Translations under genes and position numbers: made by a program
Notes under the pieces: model-generated
Seen by the model: the letters and a program-made list of their open reading frames with translations, nothing else
What the model was told of the DNA's origin: nothing
Database searches by the model: none
Part shown: positions 38,105-50,729 of the stretch, piece by piece
How positions within the stretch are numbered: the stretch's first letter is position 1
How the letters are laid out: the number at the start of each line of letters is the position of its first letter
Source: Chiloscyllium plagiosum
Taxonomy: Eukaryota
Length of the DNA: 64,000 nt
Assembly: GCF_004010195.1 (NCBI RefSeq)
Contig: NC_057719.1
Location: 27,649,458 to 27,713,457 of the forward strand
Direction of reading: 5' to 3'

Positions 38105-40115
38105 ATCATAGAAATGTACAGCACAGAAACAGACCTTTCGGTCCAACTCGTCCATGCCAACGAGATATCCCTGTCTAATCTAGTCCCATTTTCCAGCATT
38201 TGGCCCATATCCCTCTAAACCTTTCTTATTCATACACCCACCCAGATGCCTTTTAAATATTGTAATTGTACCAGCCTCCACCATTTCCTCTGGCAGCTCA
38301 TTCTACACACGCACCACCCTCTGTGTGAAAATGTTGCCCCTTAGGTCCCTTTTATATCTTTCCCCTCTCACCCTAAACCTATGCACTCTAGTTCTGGACT
38401 CCCCCACCCCAGGGAAAAGACCTTGTCTATTTATCCTATCCACAACCCCCCCATCATTTTATAAACCTCAATAAGGTCACTCCTCAGCCTCAGACACTCC
38501 AGGGAAAACTGCCCCAGCCTGTTCAGCCTCTCCCTATAGCTCAAATCCTCCAACCCTGGCAACATCCTTGTAAATCTTTTCTGAACCCTTTCAAGTTTCA
38601 CAACATCGTTCCGATAGGAAGGAGACCAGAATCGCATGCAACATTCCAAAAGTAGCCTAACCAATGTGCTGTACAGCCGTAACATAACCTCTCAATCCTA
38701 TACTCAATGCATTGACCAATAAAGGAAAGCATATTAAATGCCTTCTTCACTATCCTATCTACCAGTGACTCCACTTTCAAGGAACTACAAACCTGCACTC
38801 CAAGGTCTCTTTGTTCAGGACCTTACCATTAAGTGTATAAGTCCTGTTCCGATTGCTTTTCCAAAATGCACCTCACATTTGTCTAAATTAAACTCCTTCT
38901 GCCACTTCTCAGCCCATTGGCCCATCTGATCAAGATCCTGTTGTACTCGGAGGTAACCTTCTTTGCTGTCAACTAGACTTCTACATCTGCAAACTTACTA
39001 ACTATACCTCTTATGTTCACATCCAAATCATTTATATAAATGAAGAAAAGTAGTGGACCCAACACTGATCCTTGTGGCACTCCACTGGTCACAGCTCTCC
39101 AGCCTGAAAAGCAACCCTTCCCACCACCCTCTGTCTTCTACCTTCAAGCCAGTTCTGTATCCAAATGGCTAGTTCCCCCTGTATTCCATGAGATCTAGCC
39201 TTGCTAACCAGTTTCCCATGAGAAACCTTGTCAAACACCTTGTAGAAGTCCATATACATCACGTCCACCGCTCTGCCCTCATCAATCCTCTTTATTTCTT
39301 CAAAAAACTCAGTGAAGTTTGTTAGACATGATTTCCCATGCACAAACTATGCTGACTATCCCTAATCAGTCCTTGCCTTTCCAAATACATGAACATCCTG
39401 TCCCTCAGGATTCCCTCCAACAACTTGCCCACCACTGACATCAGGCTCACTGGTCTATAGTTCCCTGGCTTGTCCTTACTACCTTTCTTAAATAGTGGCA
39501 CCATGTTAACTAACCTCCAGTCTTCCGGCACCTGACCTGTGACTATTGATGATACAAATATCTCAGCAAAAGGCCCAGCAATCACTTCTCTAGCTTCCCA
39601 CAGATATCTAGGGTACACCTGATCAGGTCCTGGGGAGTTATCCACTTTTATGCATTTCAAGACATCCAGCACCTCCTCCTCTGTAATATGGACCTTTTTC
39701 AAAATGTCACCATCTATTTCCCCACATTCTGTATCTTCCATGTCCTTCTCCACAGTAAACACTGATGCAAAATACTAGTTTAATATCTTCCCCATCTCCT
39801 GTGGCTCCACACAAAGGCCACCTTGCTGTTCTTTGAGGGCTACTATTCTCTCCCTAATACCCTTTCGTCCTGAACGTATGTATAAAACCCCTTTGGATTC
39901 TCCTTAATCCTATGTGCCAAAGCTCATGTCCTATTGTTGCCCTCCTGATTTCCTTCAAGTATACTTCTACACCCTTAATGGCTCTAAGGACTCATTCGAT
40001 CTCTGCTGTCTATACCTGACATATGCTTACTTCTTTTTCTTAACCAATACCTCAATTTCTCTAGTCATCCAGCTTTCGCTACACCTACCAGCTTTTCCTT
40101 TCACCCTAACAGGAT
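38105..40115 (-). mobile_element. CR1 LINE ORF2 (RT to 3' tail), decayed
   Basis: ORF-track hits NYRPVSL, YMDFYKVFD and RFTRMLPG. Confidence 0.93.
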
Positions 40116-43100
40116 TGCACACATAAGTAACAGCACCATGTTTGTGTTGGGAATATAAACTCAAACAAAAAAGTTGCATAGTGGGTATAAAAGAGATATA
40201 AATTTGTCAATAAAGAGAGTACAAGCAGTTCAATGTTGGCACCTAAAAATATTAACTCAACTTTACTTTCCAATTAATATTGATGGACATGCTCCAATAT
40301 GTCTCATCTTTCCAGAAGGTGTAAATTTATTGTAGAGTTTTGTATGCTCTAGCCATGTTCTAAATTTTCAATGTAAAAGGTCAATGCTTTGTCATCTTCA
40401 TTCTTGTTTTTAAAATATACAAAACAGTGTTCCACATTCAAATATTCAACCTGTTGTACTTAGTCCTTATGCAAATAGTCAAGTGTAAAAGAGGACTGTC
40501 AAGTGTCAATGTTACAGTCTGATCACTTAGTTAATTCCAGTCAATTCAAAAGTTCTTTTTGCCTTGAAAGACTGAATTATCCAATAACTTAAATAAAGCA
40601 ATTTCATTAGAAAAGTATTGGTGATGTTTGTGCTTTAAACATATAATTTTAGTTGGTTAATTCAAATTGAGGATAGTAGACTGAATTGGGGTTTTTTTTG
40701 CAAGTAATCATTCTTGTGGATTTCAGCTAATGAAAATTCAGTTTATAGGGGAATGAATCTGACCGAACTTTATTTGCAATTCAATACTTACATTTGCCAA
40801 TAGACAGGACATGACAACCCCAGAATTAGATTCAAGATAGTGTGCCAGAACAGTTTGGAACACTATAACTCATTCTCACCGAATCACTCACTGTCCCCCT
40901 TATGTCCCAGTTTTGTAGTTCTGGTGATCATGTAACTATGCAAGGTAAAGCTTGTGTGAACTAAGCATTACAGGCAGAATGTTCAGTGACATTCAAAAAT
41001 ATAAAATTCAGAATCAGACTCTTTGCAAAATAACACATGGACCTTATATTCTGGCAATACTTAAATAAAATTGTCCCAGCATTTCCTGCCATTAATTTGG
41101 TTGTGTGTATTTAATTTTCTGTGCTACACTCTTGAAGCACTGTCCATGTTCGATTTGTTTACACTAGATTTAAAGTCATCATGTCAATATAATGTGATGA
41201 TGTTGTATAAAATTATTACCTGACTGGCTAAGCTTAGTACACTGAGAAAGTCAAACTCACGGCTCTCAAAAGGACTTACGTTTATTCAAAATGGATTAGC
41301 TAAGCAACATTTGGCAACTAACTTTGAGACTTCAAATCTGGCAAATAAAAGGTATTCAAACAAAGTAGTCTTTATAAGGAATAAGTAAATAGAATCACAG
41401 CTTCAATGGTCCAACAGCATCCACACCTTGAGCATTGTGGAAGATAAAAACTTGCCCTCACTTGCAACATGACCCGATTGAAATACCAGAGTTGTAAGAG
41501 CAGACCAAGCAGCTACTGAAGGGCTGCTGGCAGCCATTTGTGACGTTAGTGGTCTGACACAGGAGGAAGGGACACTGAAGTCTAATGATTTAGCTTCCAA
41601 GTAGAATGACGACCTCTGTTCAACCTCCATCCCCAAAGGACACAGTCCAGGTGGAATACTGCACTGTGGGCAGGTCTGCACTGAATTCAGAGCGGAATGA
41701 AACTCCCAAACGTAGCGGGTTTCAACACTCTGCATTCACCATCTGTTTCAGGGAATACCGTGTATCACGAATGTGTTCCAGGCTTCAAACATCATGCCCA
41801 AATTGCCAGATAGTAAGTACTTGTGGCCATAGGGTTCAATGCCATCATATTAACCATTCTAAATGAGAAATGCTAATTGCTCCATACAAGTTATAATCCC
41901 ATTGACAATAATACTATGAAATTTCATTTTATATACTAATATTTGTACTGCATTACACTCAATTTAAAAGTGATGTATTAATTGCAATAAGCATATTGTT
42001 GTTTTTCACTTCAGGAACTACACTGGAAACAGACCAAGCAAATGAGCCATGCTTCTTAGACATTTTTTCTAGTTCACCTGTAATACTGACACCTCCAGTT
42101 TAGAGTAAAAGGGTAAATTATACCTTTAAGGATAGCTACTGAATGTGTGTAAGTGGAGCCAAGTCATAATGACATCAGATCCTGTGGAAATGGAGCCCGA
42201 GTCTGTCAGGCTTCAGCAGCTTGACTTCGCTTCCCGTGCCTTGAAAACAGTTAGGCTCAATAAAGCCTCTAGCTTTTCGCTCAAGTATGTGTCGGCTTCA
42301 CATTTTCTGCATGATAGTATAAAGACCAGGCCCACAGAACCAGAGGCAAATAGTAGGAAGAGTCCAAAGTGCAGCCCAGTACCAGCAAGGTCAAACCATG
42401 AGGCCCACTGAGCGGTCCAACCCCAAACATCTGGTGGAAATACTGGAAACTCAGACACCAGGGACCAACAAACGAGAGACTTCAAGGTCCAACCAGACAC
42501 TGAACCACAAGCAAGGAAATGTGTTGAGGATTATGATGAAGGCGGTGTTGTTGCCTATTCTTACTGATTGCAGTCTGTAGGTCAGGAAGTCGTTGGGGGA
42601 GGGGGGGTTGGATTTGAGACCTAGGTCTCAGTTTAGAGATAAGTTTGTTCGGAATTATGGTGTTAAAGGCTGAACTGTAGTCAATAAGTACGCACCTAAT
42701 GCACGTATCCTCATTACCTGATGTTCCACGTAGGACCATGGAGAAAGTAACAGCCCAAATAATGTCAAACTGAAGTATAAGTGAGAAAGGAATTGCACCG
42801 TAAAAAGGCTGAACTGTAGTCAATAAGTACGCACCTAATGCACGTATCCTCATTACCTGATGTTCCACGTAGGACCATGGAGATGGCATCTGTTGTGCAT
42901 TTGCTGCAACAATCAGCAAATTGCAAAGGATTATGGCACTCTGGTAGGCTTGAGTAAGCACTTCATAATTATGGAGGTCAGAGCCTCCATATGGTAGTCG
43001 CAGAGGCATGCTGCATGGTTTTTCTTTGGCACTGGTTTGATGGTAGTTTTCTTGAAGCAGGTGGGGGCTTCAGATCGTGCGAAGGACAGGTAAAAAAAGT

Positions 43101-43183
43101 GTCTGCGAATACACCAGCTAGTCTGCACACCTAAGAGTGCACAGCCAGAGACTCCATCGGGGCCAGTCACTTTCCGTGGGTTT

Positions 43184-43209
43184 GAGAGAGAGAGAGAGAG
43201 AGAGAGAGC
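43184..43209. repeat. (GA)n microsatellite
   Basis: Seen directly in the sequence. Confidence 0.95.
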
Positions 43210-44810
43210 GCCGATCTAACGTGTGCAGTGGTGACCGTGGGTACAGGTGCAACCAAGGGTGTTGGGACAGATGGCAGTGTTTCACTGACCTTCTGTTCAA
43301 AATCAGTGTAAAATACATTGAGCCCGTCGAGTAAGGATGTACAATTGCCTGTAATTCTGTTCAAGTTTGCTTTGTAGCCCAATATGTCGTGTAAGCCTTG
43401 TCACAAGTGATGGGTGTCCGTGTGGTTGGTCTGGGTTTCATGTTTATTGCCTCTTGACATTCCTGATGGCTTTGTGAAGGTCACATCTGAATTTCCTGTA
43501 TAGGTCAGGGTTGCTTGACTTGTACACCTCAGACCTGGAGTTCAGCAGGGAGTTGGCTTCCTGGTTCATCCATGGTTTCCAGTTAGGAAACATTCAGAGA
43601 AACCTCTTCAGCATGCAGTCTTCCATACACTTACCAATGAAGTCTTTGACAGTAGTAACATATTTGTTTAGGTTGGCCGCTGAGTTCATGACATGGGTCA
43701 GTCCACTGACTCTCAGCCCTTTAGCTTCCTGAGACCAATAATGCACTACTTTCTGTAATGGGTCTTCATGCTTCAATTTCTGCTTGTAAACCGGCAGAAG
43801 CACAGCGTTGTGATCTAATTTTCCACAATGCGGATGGGGAATGGGGTGGTGGGCATCTTTGATGATTGTATAGCAATGGTCAAGGATGGTCACACCTCTG
43901 GTGGGATAGGAGGTGTGTTGGTGAATTTCAGTAGCACAGTCTTGAGGTTGGCCTGGTTGAAGTCACCAGTTTCAATGAACAAGGCATCAGGGTATTCAGT
44001 CTAAAGACTGTTTGTGGCATTGTATCTTCAGTAAGTGCATTCTTCACTTCTGCATAGGGTAGGATGGAGACCACCGTCAGTATAGCAGAGGTGAAATCAT
44101 GCAGTAGGTAGTATGGACTGCACTTTACTGTAAGATATGGCCTTCATGTGGAGCTGCCAGTTGATTGGCTGGCAGCGAACTCGCTGGGTGGATTTCCACT
44201 TCTGGATCTTGATTTCAGATCAAGGCCCGAAGTTCTCTCCAAAGTACCTGATTGAAGGAATATATTTAATTCATTCATAGGTTGGGCCTTGTCGTGGAAT
44301 TTCAGATCAGGTGTCTTGTCACTTTCCAGCAAGCTAACATAGCACAATATCTTTATAAAGGCTGTTAGCTAGACATGTCCTCGCACATTTAGGTTTTAGG
44401 TCCTCTGCATGTCAAGTTGCTGAAAAAAACATACTTGCAATAAGGGAAAACAGGCAAGCAACTTGACATCTCTTAGCTAATCAGACTGAAGGAATATGAA
44501 AGTAACAACCCAAATAATGTCAAACTGAAGTATAAGTGAGAAAGGAATTGCACCGTAAAGAACATCATACTGTACAAATATTTACAAGATTGGATGTCTA
44601 GCACAGGAACAGGTTAAGCTCATCAAATCAGGCTGGAGTTTAGACAGTATATCATAACTCTCCTTTTATTCCACCTCCCTCATTTCAGTCTTTGTTTTCT
44701 CTCTTTCAGCTAATTCCATTAATCATTCCCAAGGGATTTAATATAATTCTGAGTAAAGAGACTTCCTGCTAGCTATATTCATTTACTATTATAGTAACAT
44801 TATGAATGAA

Positions 44811-45393
44811 GAGCCCTTCAGGGAACATCTCTGGGACACCCGCACCAATCAACTCTGCTGCCCCGTGGCCCAACATTTCAACTCCCCCTCCCACTCTGCC
44901 AAGGATACGCGGGTCCTGGGCCTCCTCCACCACCGCTCCCTTACCACCAAATGCCTGGAGGAAGAAAGCCTCATCTTCGGCCTCGGAACACTTCAACCAC
45001 AGGGTATCAATGTGGACTTCACCAGTTTCCACATTTCCCCTCCTCCCACCTTACCTCAGTTCCAACCTTCCAGCTCAGCACTGTCCTCATGACCTGTCCT
45101 ACCTGCCAATCTTCCTTCCCACCTATCCACTCCACCCTTCTCTCTGACCTATCACCTCCATCCCCACCCCCATTCACCTATTGTACTCTTTGCTACCTTC
45201 TCCCCAGCTGCCTCCACCCCTCCTTCCTATTTATCTCTCCAACCTGTAGGCTTCCTGCCTCTATTCCTGAAGGGCTTTTGCCCGAAATATTGATTTTCCT
45301 GTTCCTCGGATGCTGCCTGACCTGCTGTGCGTTTCCAGCACCACTCTGATCTAAACTCTGGTTTCCAACATCTGCAGTCCTCACTTTTGCCTG
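44811..45393 (+). mobile_element. Penelope-like 3' fragment with terminal arm
   Basis: FREHLWDT..PVAQHFN..EESLIFGLGTLQPQGIN; direct repeat atgaatgaa at 44802-44810 and 45394-45402. Confidence 0.88.
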
Positions 45394-45504
45394 ATGAATG
45401 AAACAGTCATGCCACACCAATTAGTTCCTTTTTTTAAAAACTTTTCCATTATTAGATCCTCTCTAAGACTTTTCTAAAAGGAGAAAATGCCCCATTTGGC
45501 TAAC

Positions 45505-45630
45505 TATATGAATTGGAAAGGTTTGGAGGGAAAAGGGCTAGGAGCAGGCAGGTAGGACTAGTTTAGCTTGGGATTATTTTTGGCATGGACTGGTTGGACC
45601 GAACGGCCTGTTTCTGTGCTGTATGACTCT
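45505..45630 (+). mobile_element. CR1 3' tail ending the insert in Rex1
   Basis: gttggaccgaacggcctgtttctgtgctgtatgactct. Confidence 0.85.
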
Positions 45631-46885
45631 ATATTCCAGATCCAGGGAACAGTAACCCACCAGGGTCTGAGCACCAGGAGGTGTTGATTAGGAGGCAGAC
45701 CCCACCACTCCTTGCCTTGCCTGAGGATGCTGAGCGGTACATTCAGTCAACTGAGAAACCCTCAGATTGTAAGGCACAATCGGGCAGAGCAGGAATGAGC
45801 CATGTCTCTGTGAAACGGAGCACACAGCGGCCCCTCAACTCCCTTTGAAAGGGAAGTTTCATTTTAAGTTCATCCATTTTGCTCTCAATGACTTGAATAT
45901 TTACCAGGTGTATGCTGGAAAGGGGTGGGGGGGGGCGGGGGGCCATGAAACCCTGAAGTTTCAGTCTCACCTGAAATGCAGTGCATCTCCCATGTTTTCT
46001 GGGTAAATAGCTGCTCAAAGTTGATCCCGGGCGTCAGTGAGGGAAGTCTGCTGCTTCTTGAGGGTCGGGCTTGTGGTTTCAGTGACAGCAACACAGGTAG
46101 TTGTGTCTCATTCATGTTGTGTGTGTGTGTGTGAAATTTTGCTCATCCTACATTCTAAAAACCTAACAACTTATTATTTTCTCCTTCACCTGTCATCACT
46201 CCTAAGGCCTTCAGTCCCCTGCTCTCTAACTGTTATTGATTTAAAATCATGGTCCTGAATCACACACCTTACATCACTAGGGGCAAAGAAGTCTTGCTTC
46301 ACTTGTATAGCATCCTGCTGAGAGACCACACCTGGAGTAGAGCATGCACTTCTGGTGCCTTCCCCAGAAGGAGGATATATTTGCAATTGAGGGAGTGCAG
46401 CAGAGGCTCACCAGACTGATTCCTGGGATGGTAGGACTATCGTATGTGGAGAGATTGAGGATTGGCTTAAATTATCAGGAGTTTAAAAAAATGAGAATGG
46501 CTCCTAAAATACGACAAAATTCTTAAAAGGGTTAAATAGAATAAATGCAGAAAGGATGTTGCCCCTGATTGGTTGAGTCTGGAACTGAGGGGCACGTGAT
46601 CAGAATAACAGACAAGCCAGATAAGACTGAAGAGGAAAATTAATTTTTTTTCACCCAAAGTGATGAATCTTGAGAATCCTCTTTGGTTGAAAGACGTGGC
46701 CCTAGAAATAATGGATACAGTTGGGGGTCATCTTCCATGATTCTTTAGACGCTGGAACAGTTCCTACTGATTAGAGGATAGCTATTGTCATCCCACTTTT
46801 TTTTTTAAAAAAGCTAGGGAGAAAATTAGGATGTGGTTTATGTGGACTTTCAGAAGACTTTTGACAAAGACCTGCATAAGATAGT

Positions 46886-47195
46886 ATGGTGGCTCAGTGG
46901 TTAGCACAGCTGCCTCACAGGATCCCAGGTTCGATTCCAGCCTCGGGTGACTGTCTGTGTGGAGTTTGCACATTCTCCTAGTGTCTGCATGGGTTTCCTC
47001 TGGGTGCTCTGGTTTCCTCCCACAGTCCAAAAGGTGTGCAGGTCAGGTGAATAGGCCATGCTAAATTGCCCATTAGGTGTTAGGTGCATTAGTCAGAGGG
47101 AAATGGGTCTGGGTGGGTTACTGTTTGGAGGGTCGGTGTGGACTGGTTGGGCTGAAGGGCTTATTTCCACACTGTAGGGAATCTACTCTAATCTA
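46886..47195 (+). mobile_element. HE1-type SINE nested in CR1
   Basis: A and B boxes, V-core, ATCTA tail. Confidence 0.92.
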
Positions 47196-47707
47196 AGACA
47201 GCAACGGGTAAAACTAAAAGGCAACAGGATTAGGAGTGGATGGATAAAAGATTGGTTAGTAGACAGGAAACAGAATAGGAATAAATGGATCTTTTCCTGA
47301 TTGGCATTAGTTACTATTGGGATACTGCAGAGATTAGTACTAGAACCCCAGCTATTCACAATATATATTAATGATTTTGATGAGGAAACTAAATACAACA
47401 TCTCAAAATTTGCAGGTGATAGAATGCTGGATGGGAGGGTGAGCTGTGAGGAGAATGCAGAGATACTTCAGTGTGACTTGAGCAGACTGAGCGAGTGGGT
47501 AAATGCATGGCAAAGGCAGTACAATGTCAATAAGTTAAAGTGTATCCACTTTGGTCACAGAAGTTAGGAAAGGAGATCATTATTTAAATGGCTGTAAATT
47601 AACTGAGGGGAATGCTGAATGAGACCTGGATGCCTTTGTGCACCAGTCGTTGAATGTAAGTGTGTAGGTGCAGCAGGCAGTAAAAGAAGGCAAACTGTAT
47701 TATAGTG

Positions 47708-47928
47708 TTAAAAATCACACAACACCAGGTTATAGTCCAACAGGTTTAACTGGAAGCACTAGCTTTCGGAGCGACGCTCCTTCATCAGGTGATTGTGGAC
47801 AATCACCTGATGGAGGAGCGTCGCTCCGAAAGCGAGTGTGCTTCCAATTAAACTTGTTGGACTATAACCTGACGTTGTATGATTTTTAACTTTGTACACT
47901 CCAGTCCAACACCGACATCTCCGAATCG
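47708..47928. mobile_element. Palindromic Penelope-terminus mini-element (family B) nested in CR1
   Basis: Arms of about 90 bp centred on attgtggacaat; 12-bp direct repeat tgtattatagtg at 47696-47707 and 47929-47940. Confidence 0.88.
47757..47791 (-). ncRNA. Minimal type I hammerhead ribozyme motif with intact core
   Basis: cac-CUGAUGA-a-ggagc-guc-gcucc-GAAA-gc-UA-gug: short helix I cac/gug, 5-bp helix II, palindromic AGCU in place of helix III; activity not shown. Confidence 0.7.
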
Positions 47929-49529
47929 TGTATTATAGTGAGAGAGTATGTGTATAAGGATGTCTTGCTGTAATCGCACAGCGTATTGATGAGACCACAT
48001 CTGGAGTATTGTGTGCAGTTTTGGTCTCCTTATCGGAGGAAAGATGTTCTTGCTAGAGGGAGAGTACAGCAGAAGTTTACCAAATTGTTCCCTGGGATGG
48101 CAGGACTGACGTACGAGGACAAACTGAGTTGGTTAGGATTGTATTCACTGGAGTTTACAAGATGAAGACCTATAAAATTCTAACAAGGCTAGACAGGGTT
48201 AGCTGCAGGAAAGATGTTACCAATGGTGGGAGAGTCTGAAACCAGGGGTCATAGGATAAGGGGGTAATCATTTTAGCACCGAGATCAGGAGAAATTTCTT
48301 CACCTGGATGGTATATGAATAGGAAGGATTTGGAGGGATATGGGCCCTGTGCTGGCAGGTGGGACTGGATTGGGTTGGGATATCTGGTCGGCATGAACGA
48401 GTTGGACTGAAGCGTCTGTTCCATGCTGTACATCTCTATGACTCTATGACACCTTGAGAGTGATGAGCCTTTGGATTCTACTACCATAGTAGAATCCAAA
48501 GGCCAATACATTAAGTTTTCCAGGAGGAGGTAGATATAGCTATTGTGGCTAAAGGGATCAAGAGATATGGAGGGGAGGCGAGGGATTAAATTATTAAACT
48601 CGATGATCAGCCATGGTCATATTAAATAGCACAGCAGTCTCGACAGGTCAAATAGTCAACCCCTGCTGCGATGTTTCCATGGAACACCCCAGAGGGCTGT
48701 GGAAGCTCTGTTATTAAGTAAGTTCAGGACAGAGATTGAAAGATTTCTAGTTATTAATGACATCAACAGATATGGGGTCATATCGGAAGAAGGCACTATA
48801 GTAGATGACCAGCCATGGTTGTGAATGGCAGAGGAGACTCCTGTTCCCAAACTTCCTACAGGAAACAAAAGCAGTCATCAAATCTCACAGAGCAGAGAAA
48901 GTCTCACCTTTAACAGACAGCGCCCCCTGATAAGGCTGTGCACTGAGTATAACAGTGGTGATTATGCCTTAGGTCTCAATGCAAGCAGAATGACTTGGTC
49001 AGTTTAGCAGCTGCAGTGCCAATGCCATTTTTGACAGGTGAGGCATTTCAGAACAAATTGCAACAGACAACATAATTACAGCCTTCAATTACAGCTATTT
49101 CAGTTTAAAGTGAAACCTCATTATAGATCAGGCATACTTTAAATTGGCACAGTCAAAAACCATCGGGAGACTGTGAATTCCTTTATAAGGAGCACATAGT
49201 GGATAATTGCCAAAAGGGACACTCGACAGAAGCCCTCCAATTTTCAATGGAGATTCAGAATGAAGCTTGATCAGAATTTTTAGACTTGAAGAAAGACCTT
49301 AAATAGACTGCCAGATGGATTGAACTTGACAAGCAGACCAGACGCCTGATTTAGAAAGGCCCATGTATTGTCTTGCATGCATCCCATAAGATGGGCCATT
49401 TTCAGGTGGTTAGCTGAAGCAACAATAGAAGATTTCAGCCTGCAGCAAAGAAGTTTCAAAGATGTCTCCTCAGTCAACAACTGTCCAAGAAGTGAGGGTG
49501 AATGTCTCTGACACCAATGCAGCATTTGA

Positions 49530-50090
49530 TCAACAGCACATCATGCAGTCCCAGCACAACCCTGTGCCAATGGAAAATGGGAGAAAACTCTCCACTGGCT
49601 GAAATCATACCTAAGGAAGGTATAGTTGAAAGGAAGATAGTTGGTGTAGTTGGAGGTTAGTTCCAGAACATCTCTGCAGGAGTCCCTCAGCCCAAACATC
49701 TTCAGCTTTCTCATCAATGAGCTTCTCTTTAAATGTTTCGAGATTAGGATGTTCACTGATGATAGCACAATGTTCAGCGTCATTTGTAATTCCTCAGATC
49801 CTGAAGCAGTCGACGTTCATATGCAACAATCCGGACAACATTCAGACTCGGGCTGGTACATAATAAGAAAACGTGTCACCTAAGTGCCATGCAATGTTAA
49901 TCTCCAACAACAATGAATCCAAACATTGTCCCTTGAAAGTCAATGGCATAACCATCACTAAATCCTAACTACTAACATCATGGGAGTTATTATTAATGGG
50001 AAAATGAACCAGATCAGAGGCTAGGAATTCTGCAGTGAGTAACCATCTCCTTCTACATCATCTACATAGCAAGAGTGTAATGCAATACAG
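49530..50090 (+). mobile_element. Decayed CR1/L2-group RT fragment
   Basis: SLSPNIFSFLINEL and MFTDDSTMF (FADD-type motif). Confidence 0.7.
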
Positions 50091-50094
50091 TCCC

Positions 50095-50455
50095 AAATTA
50101 GAATCATAAAATCCCTACAGTGTGATAGCAGGCCATTCGGCCTATCGAGTTCACAACAACCCCCTAAAGAGCATCCATCCCAGATCAACTCCTCCATCCT
50201 ATCCCTGTAACCCTGAATATCCTATGGCTAACCTATCTAGCCTGCACACCTCTGGACACTACAGCCAATTAAACACGGCCAATTCACCTAACCTATGCAT
50301 CTTTGGACTGCAAGACAAAACCAAAGTACCCAGATGAAACTCATGCAGACATGGGAGAATGTGCAAACCCCACACAGACAGTTGTCAGAGGGTGAAACTG
50401 AACCTGGTTCCCTGGCATTGTAAGGCAGCAGTGCTAACCACTAAGCCACCATATT
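50095..50455 (-). mobile_element. Diverged HE1-type SINE
   Basis: gggagaatgtgcaaac core and gcagtgctaaccact head on -. Confidence 0.85.
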
Positions 50456-50459
50456 GTCC

Positions 50460-50710
50460 TGTCCTTGACTGCCTTAATCCTTTGTAATTTGCCTACCAGT
50501 ACAACAGGTCCACTGCAGACGCCGTCTCCCTGATCCTACACTCATCCCCTGGAACATCTGAATAACAAGGATACATACGACAGGCTCCTACTTATTGATT
50601 ACAGTACCGCCTTCAACATCATAATTCCGCCTTCAACCCCAAGACTAGGTCTTGGCTCTCCACTCTAACTTGATCCTTGACTTCCTGACCCACAGACTGC
50701 AATCGTTAAG
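50460..50710 (+). mobile_element. Rex1 RT fragment
   Basis: FAYQYNRSTADAV...LLLIDYSTAFNII. Confidence 0.8.
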
Positions 50711-50729
50711 AATTGAATATTACATGTTT

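Larger units (their letters stand above)
42150..46110 (-). mobile_element. Rex1/Babar-clade LINE in two collinear parts (42150-44138 and 45631-46110)
   Basis: FTETWL, LDHCYT, GKLDHNAVLL, ALTSIIMKC and IDYSSAFNTIIPNKLISKL; the two parts join as gtaag-atat-tccagatcc. Confidence 0.85.
46310..48840 (+). mobile_element. Cluster of CR1 fragments with nested insertions
   Basis: FTIYINDFD, ISKFAGD and LEYCVQFWSP motifs; a nested CR1 tail at about 48305-48450. Confidence 0.85.

Noticed and set aside
41403..41866. Overlapping 110-aa and 86-aa ORFs as a gene
   Set aside because: No recognisable domain and no consistent pair of splice sites
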